A stretch of 47,941 nt of DNA from Neoconidiobolus thromboides FSU 785 (Eukaryota > Fungi > Entomophthoromycota). The translations under genes and the position numbers were made by a program. The stretch lies in NCBI GenBank assembly GCA_025603075.1, contig MU626409.1:1-47941 (forward strand), written 5' to 3'. Of the stretch, positions 33,306-44,444 are shown one piece after another. The notes under the pieces are model-generated. The model saw only the letters and a list, made by a program, of their open reading frames with translations. It had not been told where the DNA came from and searched no databases. The stretch's first letter is position 1; the number at the start of each line of letters is the position of its first letter.

Positions 33306-35525
33306 GTTGGACATTTATTTAATTATTTTACTTTTATTTAATAAAATTTTATTATTTTTGCTTTGAAATCTTATAGTGACTGATAATTGCTGAATATTTT
33401 ATATAATTTGTAGATTGAATGAGTTATATGTTAAACAATTCTAATAAAAAAAATATATGTTCTCTTAAAGAAGGTTATAGATAAAAGCATCATCACCAAT
33501 ACAAAGGTATACAATATCAATCTACTAAATGGTTAAAAGTTGCTCTGCTATTTAAATACATTATAGATTGACTGATTAAAATTTAAATAAAATCCCCTTT
33601 ATTAAAAAGAATCTACAGATTAAATAACATTCCCATATCATAAATCATATGGTTAAAGAAGATTAATCAATATTTATGTCTTTAAGCTCATCACCATTAA
33701 TGACCACAAATCCTTTTAAACTGTCAGTCAATTTAGATAAGAGTTATTTCAAATAACCTGAATACATTATACTGTTAGCGCTATTCTTATTATGGATAAA
33801 AAAAATACCCTTTACTTAAAAAATAGAAAAAAAAATCCAAGATCACGATAGATCATTCGTAGACTTTACTACAGTGGTCTTTAGGAATAAATGTGGCTCA
33901 ACCCCTATCTCTCCATTCACAATAGAATAGAAACGCCTTTTTATCAATGAATTTTTCCTTACCTCTTAGATTAGAGAAATCTAGATTAAGTCCAAGGATC
34001 TTTGAAGTGGGGTTTATTTGGCCCAAAAACTTCTACTAATCCTAAGGTCTTCTCTTCTTTCTTTAACCTGGGTTATTGGTCTATCTCTACTTTCTATTTT
34101 TGTTCTAACACTCGCTTAAGCACGTAATTCTAAAAAGAAAAATTGTCCCTAATCTTGAAATAAATATTTAAAAAAACTTAATCAATGCTTATATACTTCT
34201 GAGCTTACTATCATCAATTACAAAGCCTTTCAAATAGTTAAGACTTATTCAGCTTATTCAGATATACTATGCTATTCGTTGAAAAATTCAATTAGAATAA
34301 TATAGCCCCTTTAAAGCCAAGAGGAAGGCTAAGAACGAGAAGAATATGAATTTCAAATTTTTTAAATTAAGGATAGAGAAATATTATTTTGTATTAATAT
34401 GACGAAGAGTTGAGCCATTATATCTCACCAACCATAAGGTAATTTAAATTTAAATTCAAGTTTATATAAATTCTGTTTTAAAGAACAAAAATCATAATTA
34501 TGTATTTATGGTAATAATTATAACTTATTTTATCTAACCCCTTAGTGATCGTTTATTTTATAATAAATGATTGAAACTTTGTTATTAACTAATAACTACC
34601 TCCTTACTCTCTCATTGATCTCAATCCTAATCAATTAGTTGAGTTTATTGTTAACTTTTATCTATGAATTTGATTATCTTTATCCATTGCAGAGCTTGTT
34701 AACTTACAATACACAAAGAGTAGAACAAGTACAATCCTTATCCGAACTATTGTGACACCTAAATTGAGATTTGGAAGTTCAACCCAATAATTTAGCTAAA
34801 GGAGTACTGTTCACTTTCATTTATAAAACAACAGTTAATTTGATACCTTGAGTGACGGGTAATTATTTGAAGGGTTAATGGAATCAAAACGAAGGATGAA
34901 CAGGGGGTCAAAGGGTATGTTTTTAAACAATATAGTAAGATTAAAGAGCAGGATAAAGTCAATAGATCATGGAATACGATTCGGTCATATATTTAATTAT
35001 TTTGTTTTATTTGATAAAAACTGATTATATTCTTAAAATTTTTTTTTTAAATTTTGTGGATATTAAGAGCTATGTGAAGCTTATATAGCTTTGAAATTAT
35101 TATATCCATAGCGATTATGAAGCTCATGACTGACAGCCTGTTAACTCTCTGAGTGTTAATTTAAATATTCAAACATATTTTACTAATTTTAACATGGAAT
35201 AAAAAAAATCATTTTTTGTTTAAAAAATAAAACGTATTTTTTTGAAATTCTTGAAAGAGTGAGCTCCCAAGTGGTTTACTAATTCAAATAACTAAAGCAG
35301 TAAACAAAGGAAAGTAGAGATGATGATCATTTGGCTAGAATCTTATGACTCATTTTATTTCCAGAAAGTTTAGAAACGAAATGGGGAAAGTCTGGAACAT
35401 ATATTATTTTCAATTCAATACATAAGAACTCTACAGTTAAGATCACCGGACTAGCGTCAAAGGCCAGCTTGGCGCGAATTCTATAAGTGGCTTATAGAAC
35501 TAAAGCACGGAAATCACTAAAAGAT

Positions 35526-35625
35526 GGAGATACTTTTTTTGGTTTCATCACTTTTTCCATTTTTTGAATGTTATTTGAGCAAAAAAAACTGATAGTAAAA
35601 TTGGTAGACAAAAGAACATATCCTC
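35526..35625. mobile_element. Sola-family MITE (100 bp, diverged)
   Basis: GGAGATAC...ATATCCTC with AGAT TSD (35522-25 / 35626-29). Confidence 0.85.
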
Positions 35626-35639
35626 AGATCTTTCATCAT

Positions 35640-36110
35640 AATTGAAAGTGCTAGGAGTACATATATAATGCTAAGAATGTAATAGTAAAGGTCATATAAA
35701 AGGGCAGAGGAATATCAAAATCAAAGGACATTAATAGAAGGGAAAGTAAAAAAGCAATGTTCCACGCTGCCTTCTGGATTCCTGTCCTACAAAAGCAGCA
35801 TTTTGGTGTCACTTCAGGTCTATGAGAATGAGTTTTAATCCTGATTATGAAGATCTTGTCTGTTAAACGCCATAGTACGAAATAACATTTGCTGTCCATC
35901 CACCTGAACTTAAGCCATTTCATAAAAGTAGGATCAATGGTAAATGTGTATTTATAAAGAGCATTCTAGCGATCCTTGCTTGAGTATGCCCACAAAATAC
36001 CTTTGGGAGGATAATCAAGTTCAAAGTGTTTCAGGCTTTTCTGGAGGTAAAGTCAAAACCGGCTCAAGTCCCAAAAGAAAATTTCATTGTCTTTTTGGAA
36101 AGAACAATAT
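35640..36110 (-). mobile_element. Degenerate non-LTR retrotransposon (L1/Tx1-like) 3' remnant
   Basis: Reading frame ..KWLKFRWMDSKCYFVLWRLTDKIF..VTPKCCFCRTG continues after a frameshift as EGSVEHCFFTFPSINVL*F*Y. This resembles the zf-RVT C-terminal knuckle (K..F.lWRl...C.fC...EsveH.FF.Cp...lW). Boundaries approximate. Confidence 0.55.
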
Positions 36111-37366
36111 GAGGCTTAAATGAAGTAATTCGAAAAATCGAAAACTTTATAGACAAAAAAATAAACTCATATCATAAACTATTTATCCAAAAATAACTAA
36201 TCAAACCCTATGTACTTTTGAACCCATCTTAATTATTAACAGCAGCTATAAGCCATTTCAAACTACATAAAGGTCGCTTTAGTTTTTTGACAGAATGCTC
36301 TAATTCAACCCTTACTTTTCAAAGCCAAGCAAAAGCCAAGGAGAATTAAAATTTTAAATTTAAAAGGCGAAAATTAGAAAATAAAGAGAATAAAGAGCAG
36401 TACCTCAATAAGGAGAAGGTAAAACTAAATTAAATATAGTTTAAAAAATGAAGCTATGACTTTATAGCTATGGCAATAATTGGAACTCGTAAAACTTACT
36501 AGCTCTTTTGTCACTTATTTTATAATTCTGAAGACTAGATCAAAGCTTAAATTAAGCATCAATTGATATAATTCTAAAATAGTTTTGATACTATGTATAG
36601 ATCCAAAATAAGCCTCAAATTGACATCACTTTAATATAACAAGTATTTAAGAAGATTAATAGAACTAATAGAACTTACTTTATCCTATAATATCAATTTC
36701 ATCTAATACTGGGTTAAAATTTAGGCGAGTTAAACGACAGAAAAAGTTCCACATCTTTTAGATTATTAATAGAAAAAGTATACTTTATTATAAAGTAGTG
36801 ATTATATATATAATAATAATAGTATATAGTATATTTTAATAGAGTTATGTGTTTAGTTGTAATAGTAATAAAGCACAATTTTAATAGTAATCATTTTTTT
36901 TGTTATAACTAAAATTTTGTCTTTCGCTAAATTGAAAGTTTCTAAATGCTAATATTTTATAGCCTAAATTTAGAATTATGCTATCAATTTGTACATAAAT
37001 ACTCTTAAAGCCGCTTTTTCAAATAATCATAATAAACTATAGTTACTATTAATTTATTTTATTAACATTGATAGGAATTTAATAAGTTGTATTATAGTGG
37101 CCATAACTATTATGATTTTTATATAGCTATACTATAAAGGAAAAAGTTGTTTTTCCCCAAGTAAATTCAAAATCACCCTTTTGTTCTAGTAATTCGGTTA
37201 AAAGCCAAGAGATAGAAGAATTAAAATTTCCACTACCAAGAATTGATAAATTTAGAATAAGCTTTTTTTTATTATAAATACAACTCAATTTAACCATTAT
37301 GTTTAACTTTATAATTCAACTTTGATAGAAATCATCGCTTTCTTTTTTCATAACAAATTTACAATA

Positions 37367-40300
37367 ATGTTTAAAAAAAAATCCTCAAAAGAGAAAGAAG
37401 GATCCAGTAACTCTAAGACAAAACTTCCAACTATTAGTTTATTTAAATTATTTCAATTTGCTACAACAAATGATAAGGTAATCATCTTTTTGGCTATTTT
37501 ATTTTCAATAGTAAATGGTTTATCCCAACCTGCCTTATATTTATTATTTTCTGAAATCATAGCTATTTATGGTGAATTTCAATCTTCTTTCACAGCCAAC
37601 CCTGAGGCAGCTGCATTAGTTTTATACTCTCAAGTAAATACTCTATGTATTTCAATGGCTATTGTAGGGGTTGTAACTTTTATTTCTTCATATCTTCAAT
37701 TATCATTATGGTTATTAATTGGTGAATCTCAATGTATGAAATTAAGAAAAAAATACTTATCTTCTATATTAAGTCAAGAGATCTCATTTTTTGATAACAA
37801 TAATACAGGTGAAATAACAAATATAATAAGTAAAGATATCAATATTATACAAGAAGGAATTAGTGACAAAATTGGTTTATTGATTCAATATACATCTTGC
37901 TTTTTAGGTAGTTTTATTGTCGCTTTTGTGAAGGGATGGAAACTTACATTAGTTATGTTAACTTCTGTGCCATTGGTAGCTTTGGCAGGTGTTTTAATGA
38001 GTAAATTTATTGCAGATGATGGAGATGATGAGGGTAGTTATGGGGCCGCTAATTCTATTGCAAAAGAAGTATTATCCTCAATAAAAACGATCTATTCTTT
38101 TAATTCGCAGTTAAGAGAATATAACCGATACAACCAAAAGATATTAAAAACTTGTAAGAAAGGATTAAGAAAAGCAATTTATATCGGATTTGGTAATGGT
38201 ACTTTTTTACTAATTATATTTTCAAGTTATGCATTAGCTATATGGTATGGAGCAAAATTGATTTTTGATAATGAATATGAGCCAAGAAATGTACTAATTG
38301 TATTTTTTAACATATTATCAGGATCAATGGTATTAGGTATGACAGCTCCAAGCATCATTGCTATTACATTAGCTAAATCAGCTGCTATTAAATTATTTCA
38401 AATCATTGAAAAAGAATCTTTAATTAATCCATTTATTGAAACGGAAGAAAACATTCAGAATCAGTCCAAAATTACACCAGTAATTGGAAATGTTACTTTT
38501 GATAATATATATTTTAATTATCCAACAAGAATAGAAGACAAAATATTAAAAGGTGTGTCATTTACCGTTGAAAACGGGCAAACAATAGCTTTAGTTGGAG
38601 CTTCAGGTAGTGGTAAAAGTACATGTATTAAATTATTACAACGTTTTTACAATCCAACTCATGGAAGTATATTATTAGACAATACTAACATCAATCAATT
38701 ATCTATTAAATTTCTAAAACAACAAATTGGTTTAGTTAATCAAGAACCAATATTATTTTCTACAACTATAAAACAAAATATATTATTAGGCTTAAAAGAA
38801 GAAGACGGTAATGCTATAGACAATGAAGTATTTGACAATAAAGTAATTGAAGTTTGTAAATTATGTAATATTCATGATTTCATAATCGGTTTACCTAATG
38901 GCTATGATACTTTAGTAGGGGAGAATGGATCTCAATTATCTGGTGGACAAAAACAACGAATTGCAATCGCAAGAGCAATAATAAAAAACCCAAAAATATT
39001 GTTATTAGATGAAGCCACTTCAGCATTAGATACTAGTTCTGAAAAATTAGTTCAACAAGCTTTAGATAAAGTTAGTGTTAATAGAACTACTATTGTTATT
39101 GCTCATCGATTATCAACAATTTGTAAAGCTGATAAAATTATCGTTTTTGATCAAGGTAAAGTAGTAGAAACAGGAGATCATAAGAGTTTAATAGAATTAA
39201 ATGGAGTTTATAATAAATTAGTTCAATCTCAAATGATTCATTTAAATGATAAGGAAATAGAAAAGGAGGAAAAGGAGACAACGATTAATAATAATATTAA
39301 TAATACAATTGAAAAATCAATAGATAATTTAATATCAATAAAAATTGAATCTGATAATCAACAAAAAACAAACAAGAACAAAGCAATTAAATCAACTGAA
39401 CCTATCCCATTAATACGAATATTAAAAATAGCTTTTCAATGGAAAAAAGTATTAATATTAGGAATAATAGGAGCTATTCTAGATGGTTGTGTTTTCCCAA
39501 TATTTTCCTTATTACTTACTGAAGCCACTCAATTATTCCTTAATCTAGCTCAACCAGAGCTCAAAGAAACTGCTCAAATCTCTATTAATTTCCGCTGTTT
39601 AATGTTTTTATTATTGTCCATAGGCTGTTTCATTGCTGGCTTTTTAAAGAATTATAGTTTCAATTATATAGCTGAAAAAATCACTTATAAAATTCGAGGT
39701 CTCTATTTTAAATCTTTGTTACAACAAGAAATTGGTTATTTTGATCAATTAGAAAATAATGTGGGCAATTTAACTAGTAAATTAAGTAAAGAAGCTCAAG
39801 ATGTTCATGGTTTGATTGGTAAATTTCTTGGCCCATTAATCAGTGCTATTGCTTGTGCTATCTTTAGCTTAATAGTAGCCTTTCTTAATGGCTGGAAATT
39901 AACTTTAGTTGGGTTAATTACAATACCATTTACAACATATGGTCAATTAATGCAAGTAAATGCATTAACTAGTGTTAATCAAAAAATGCAATTAAATTAT
40001 TTATCAATGAGTGAAATAGCAATGGAATGCATTCAAAATAATCAAACAATCTCAAGTTTAAATAAAGAAGAATATTTTCTTAATCAATTTAATAACACTA
40101 TAAATCAGGCACATAAAACTATTAAGTTTGGTATATTAAAATCTTCTTTTGGTTATTCAACAGCTATGGCAGCACCTTTATTTTCAAATGCTTTATTATT
40201 TTGGTATGGTACCATCTTAATTTTAACTCAAGAATATCAATATCAAAATATGTTCCAAATTATTACTTCTATTATGTTTTTGGGTATCTTTTTTGGTTTT

Positions 40301-41158
40301 GCATCCGCTGAATTAACTAGCTTTATTAAATGTAAATTAGCTGCTATTGAAATCTTTTCTTTAATTGATAGAATACCCAAAATTAATTCTTCGGATTATT
40401 ATGGTACTAAAAACATTCCATTGGAGGGTAATATAACAATGAAAGATGCTCATTTTTCATATCCATCCAGACCTAATGCAAAAGTACTCAATGGACTAGA
40501 TTTGTCTATTTTAAAGGGTCAAAAAGTAGCCATCGTAGGTACTTCAGGTTCTGGAAAATCAACTATTGTTAGTCTAATTCAACATTTTTATGAGTTAAAT
40601 TCAGGTAATCTAAACATAGAGTCAGAACCCATTACGAGTTGGAATATCCCCTATTTACGTTCCTCTATTTCTCTCGTTGGTCAAGAACCTGTTCTTTTTA
40701 ATCTTACAATTGCTGAAAACATAGCCTATGGCTCTGAATTTGAAGTAACTGAAGAAGAAGTTATTTCCGCTTCCAAATTGGCTAACGCACATGACTTTAT
40801 TCTTCAACTACCTGATGGTTATAAGACTCTCACAGGTGAAAAAGGGAACCAATTGTCGGGTGGGCAAAAGCAACGAATTGCAATTGCAAGAGCGTTAATA
40901 AGAAATCCAAAATTATTATTACTAGATGAAGCTACTTCAGCATTAGATTCGAATTCTGAAAAAGTAGTACAGATTGCTCTAGATAAAGCAGCAGAGGGAA
41001 GAACTACTATTATGATTGCTCATCGATTATCAGGTATTCAATTAGCGGACAAAATTATTGTTATGAATAAGGGAAAGGTGGTAGAAGTTGGTAATCATCA
41101 AGAATTGTTGAGATTGAATGGAGAGTATTTAAAATTGGTGAAAAATCAAGCGTTGTAG
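37367..41158 (+). CDS. Full-length ABCB (MDR/P-glycoprotein-type) ABC transporter, 1263 aa, intronless
   Basis: TMD-NBD-TMD-NBD. Walker A GASGSGKST and GTSGSGKST, signature LSGGQKQRIAIARA x2, Walker B LLLDEATSALD x2, H-loops IAHRLS. First ATG (MFKKK) used instead of the ORF-track TTG at 37322. Confidence 0.97.
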   Translation: MFKKKSSKEKEGSSNSKTKLPTISLFKLFQFATTNDKVIIFLAILFSIVNGLSQPALYLLFSEIIAIYGEFQSSFTANPEAAALVLYSQVNTLCISMAIVGVVTFISSYLQLSLWLLIGESQCMKLRKKYLSSILSQEISFFDNNNTGEITNIISKDINIIQEGISDKIGLLIQYTSCFLGSFIVAFVKGWKLTLVMLTSVPLVALAGVLMSKFIADDGDDEGSYGAANSIAKEVLSSIKTIYSFNSQLREYNRYNQKILKTCKKGLRKAIYIGFGNGTFLLIIFSSYALAIWYGAKLIFDNEYEPRNVLIVFFNILSGSMVLGMTAPSIIAITLAKSAAIKLFQIIEKESLINPFIETEENIQNQSKITPVIGNVTFDNIYFNYPTRIEDKILKGVSFTVENGQTIALVGASGSGKSTCIKLLQRFYNPTHGSILLDNTNINQLSIKFLKQQIGLVNQEPILFSTTIKQNILLGLKEEDGNAIDNEVFDNKVIEVCKLCNIHDFIIGLPNGYDTLVGENGSQLSGGQKQRIAIARAIIKNPKILLLDEATSALDTSSEKLVQQALDKVSVNRTTIVIAHRLSTICKADKIIVFDQGKVVETGDHKSLIELNGVYNKLVQSQMIHLNDKEIEKEEKETTINNNINNTIEKSIDNLISIKIESDNQQKTNKNKAIKSTEPIPLIRILKIAFQWKKVLILGIIGAILDGCVFPIFSLLLTEATQLFLNLAQPELKETAQISINFRCLMFLLLSIGCFIAGFLKNYSFNYIAEKITYKIRGLYFKSLLQQEIGYFDQLENNVGNLTSKLSKEAQDVHGLIGKFLGPLISAIACAIFSLIVAFLNGWKLTLVGLITIPFTTYGQLMQVNALTSVNQKMQLNYLSMSEIAMECIQNNQTISSLNKEEYFLNQFNNTINQAHKTIKFGILKSSFGYSTAMAAPLFSNALLFWYGTILILTQEYQYQNMFQIITSIMFLGIFFGFASAELTSFIKCKLAAIEIFSLIDRIPKINSSDYYGTKNIPLEGNITMKDAHFSYPSRPNAKVLNGLDLSILKGQKVAIVGTSGSGKSTIVSLIQHFYELNSGNLNIESEPITSWNIPYLRSSISLVGQEPVLFNLTIAENIAYGSEFEVTEEEVISASKLANAHDFILQLPDGYKTLTGEKGNQLSGGQKQRIAIARALIRNPKLLLLDEATSALDSNSEKVVQIALDKAAEGRTTIMIAHRLSGIQLADKIIVMNKGKVVEVGNHQELLRLNGEYLKLVKNQAL

Positions 41159-41545
41159 TAAAATATGTTAATTAATTTTTAATTTTTAATTTTTAGTCAA
41201 AGTTTAACTATTGTAATGTGTGAGTTTTAATCATCAAAATAAAAATTAACGCACTTTAAATAGTTAAATTAATAAGATAGTTCAAAATTGAGATATTGAT
41301 ATTTCAAAAAGTAAATTTAATAAATTAAATAATCAAAATAATAGTTGTAATTTTTTATTTTGTTATCCAATTTTCTAAAATTTAGCATTTATGCTAATTT
41401 TTATTAAAGTTATAGCTCTTTCATTAACATAAAAAAGTTTATATACCTGTAAGTGTAAAATCTAAATTATAATAAAAATCAACAACCAAATAAAATTGTA
41501 AAGTAAATAAAAATTTAAAAATTATTTAACGGTTTTCAATTAAAA

Positions 41546-42583
41546 TTAACAGATTGGTAATTTTATAATCTTATTAAACACAAAAGCATGTCGTAATAAG
41601 CTATATGGCCCTTGTTGGCTTTGACCACAGTTAGGATCTTCATCAAAAGATTGATCACAGTAGACAAATTCAGTTCTTCCAAAAGATACTCTACGCTCAT
41701 AAATTTCAGCTGCTACATGGACATAGTTGAAGCTTCTTGGTGGAAGATGAGGAACAATATCATTCAAGTTAGTATAACGAGTAAGAGGATATTTGGCATC
41801 AGCAATATATTGAGCAAACCCTTCATTACCAACTCTTGGACTTGAGTAAGCAAAGACTTCCATCTGGCTGTTTAAGTTATTTTCTTGTAAGAACTTTTTC
41901 CATCTTAAAGAACTAACAGTAGATAAAGCAGCACCTAAAGAAATACCAGTAATTTGAAGCTTATAACCTTTATATTTTGGATCTTTAAGTAAAGAAAGAA
42001 CAGACTTCTCCAACTGATTTTGTATAGCAACTGTTGCTTCATAGAAACCTTTGTGGACTAAAACATTGTTGTTAGCACCAGGGTATTGAATTTGTTCATA
42101 ATCGAAGTTAGTTTGCCAGTTTTTGATACTTTTAGTTCCACGATAAGAAACGATTACAGTTTTTATAGCTGGATCAACACCAGTTACAGCATAAAGGTCT
42201 TTTGATTGTTCTCTAATGAATGAATCAGGTAAGAAAGTTCTAGAACAAATACAGTTCCCATTACGAACTAAGGCTTCGGGGCAAATTGAAAGAACAGAAT
42301 ATTGGTAGTTCGAATGAAGTTTTTCAATAGAAGCAGTGGTAACGTTACGTGGTTTGATTAATTTTTTACTTGGTACACGCTTTTCTAACAGTGGCAAATC
42401 TTCAAATAAACCTCGAGTTTCCTGTCTATTAGTAGATTCTTCTCCAATTAAAGCAGGGTATAAATCATTTTCCTTGACTGGTAATGTTTCATCGGTACCC
42501 TCAATGATATCAGGGTTTTGACATTTATAAATAGCAGCACCAAACGATAAAGTGAACAAGATAATGTTTTTTGTTGATACCAT
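41546..42583 (-). CDS. Secreted class 3 lipase, 345 aa
   Basis: Signal peptide, LEKR, SYRGTKSIKNWQTNF, VHKGF, TGISLGAA, YSSPRVGN, NDIVPHLPP, RHAF, terminal Cys. Confidence 0.95.
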   Translation of the reverse strand: MVSTKNIILFTLSFGAAIYKCQNPDIIEGTDETLPVKENDLYPALIGEESTNRQETRGLFEDLPLLEKRVPSKKLIKPRNVTTASIEKLHSNYQYSVLSICPEALVRNGNCICSRTFLPDSFIREQSKDLYAVTGVDPAIKTVIVSYRGTKSIKNWQTNFDYEQIQYPGANNNVLVHKGFYEATVAIQNQLEKSVLSLLKDPKYKGYKLQITGISLGAALSTVSSLRWKKFLQENNLNSQMEVFAYSSPRVGNEGFAQYIADAKYPLTRYTNLNDIVPHLPPRSFNYVHVAAEIYERRVSFGRTEFVYCDQSFDEDPNCGQSQQGPYSLLRHAFVFNKIIKLPIC

Positions 42584-44444
42584 TTTACTTTGAAATTGAT
42601 AATTGATATTCTAAAAATGCAGACCTATTTATACTTTGTAAAACTTACGTCAAAGTTCTTTGTTTACTTTTATGTATTTTTAAAAACTTAAGGGGATAAA
42701 GCGACTGGAATAATATAAGTAACATGATTTAGACTATAATAATCAGCTATAAGGCTGTGTTGTTATTAAATATGATTTGGAAGTTAGCGATAAAATCATA
42801 TCCATTCTTTATTAACTAACATTTAAAGTTAAATACAATACAAATGTTCATAATTCAAGTATGAAATATAGTAGCTTACTGTTTAAAAAGTAGTTTACTA
42901 AAGTTTAGCAAAATAGAACCTATTTACCATCATCGGTTAAATTTCTTATAGTTAGTAAATTTATATGCATTTGAAGATAGCTCAATATTTACAAAGTACC
43001 ACGTGTATCACTTTTAGATCAGATTTATTGATTTTATAAAGCTTTTATAGCAGATGTAGGATTATATAATAGCTTGAAAACATGGTGTTGACAATATTTT
43101 ATAGCTTTATTCATATAGCTTTTCCTTTACCTTATAGAAGTTCTGGCACCATGACACCAAGTTGACTTAGCCTTATATAATATACTATTATTATTGGATT
43201 TAAAACTAAACTGCTAACTTTTGTTTTATTTAGAAGGAAGATTTCGAATCTAAAAAGCCATTTTTATTAAGCTTTTTTAATTCAATAACACTGGTATCCC
43301 TGAATTTCAAAGTTCTAAAATATCCTCAAAATGCAATGCGATATTACATCATCATAGGCTAAAGAAATCAAGTTGTATATTTGTAAATTTAAAAAGAGCT
43401 AGTACTTTCAGCATCATGCTAGAAATCACAGTACTCAAATGCCTTCAAACAGTTATGTCTGCTTTGTTGGTACCCTTACTAATGAACACACTTGTATTGA
43501 GATTTTATATATTTTCTTCAAGAAATAGTAAACAAAAGATTAAAGCGAATAGTCTCAATTTTATATGACAGTATTCTTTTACACAAAATTAATAAGGTTC
43601 AGAATAGTTCCAAGGTGAAAAAATACAACATCACTAAGTTTTGAGTAAAATATCTAATAGCTCCATTTATAAAGTTGAAACTAAACAGTAATATTATTTT
43701 GAATTAGAGTTTGTTGTTTTGTGATTATTTTCCTTTTTTAGAAGAATATGTTCTTTTTAAATTCAAAAGGAATATATATTTTATTAAGCTATTTTATTAA
43801 CTGTAAATTTTTTTATAGTTAACTTGCATATCAGAATTAGAAACTAAGCTAAATATTACAAAATTTATCCCCTCTACACACAATAAACTTCTATTTCGTC
43901 GTAAATTCTCCCCACCCACTGCTCTTTTTGCTAAATGTTCAAACTTACTGTTACTAAGCTTAGGTTTTTTTAAATAGACTGACCTATAATAAAGTTCCAG
44001 ACTCCACTTCTTCGGTTCCGCTTTTTCAAGTGCTTTAACTGTTTTTTACTAGACAAGCTACTTCATTCTATAAACCCTGTCTTATATTTGATTATAAAAA
44101 ATAGACACAAGAAAATGATCCAACTAAGCCAATTAATAAAAAACACTTGTTATTTAGTTTTTAATTATATATATTGACTTTACTTTTATTCAAAGTTTTT
44201 TATGTTTCGTGTTCATAAATAACACATCTAGAGTTTATAGCTTTAAGGCTTATTTTAATAAAATGAACCACCTACCCTTAGTGTAATATTAAGTAATGAA
44301 TTACATACCTTCTCAACTCTTACTTTTCAAAGATAAAAAAATTGTATATATATTATCTTTGTTGATAATACAAAATGGTATAACAATATCAGTCAAAAAC
44401 ATCATAATTAACAATACAAATAACATAAATAGAGTGACAACATC

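Noticed and set aside
33180-33367. Alternative open frame (GLLKEKGMGRRLSRLVLKHIIKLEDVKSG...) suggesting a frameshift or tiny intron in ORF 32718-33305
   Set aside because: Both frames are open and equally plausible. The candidate intron would be only 25 nt, and this cannot be resolved without transcripts or homologs.
37322-37366. TTG start of the ABCB ORF in the track
   Set aside because: In a eukaryote the first ATG (37367, context ATAATG) is the expected start, and the extra 15 aa look like UTR.
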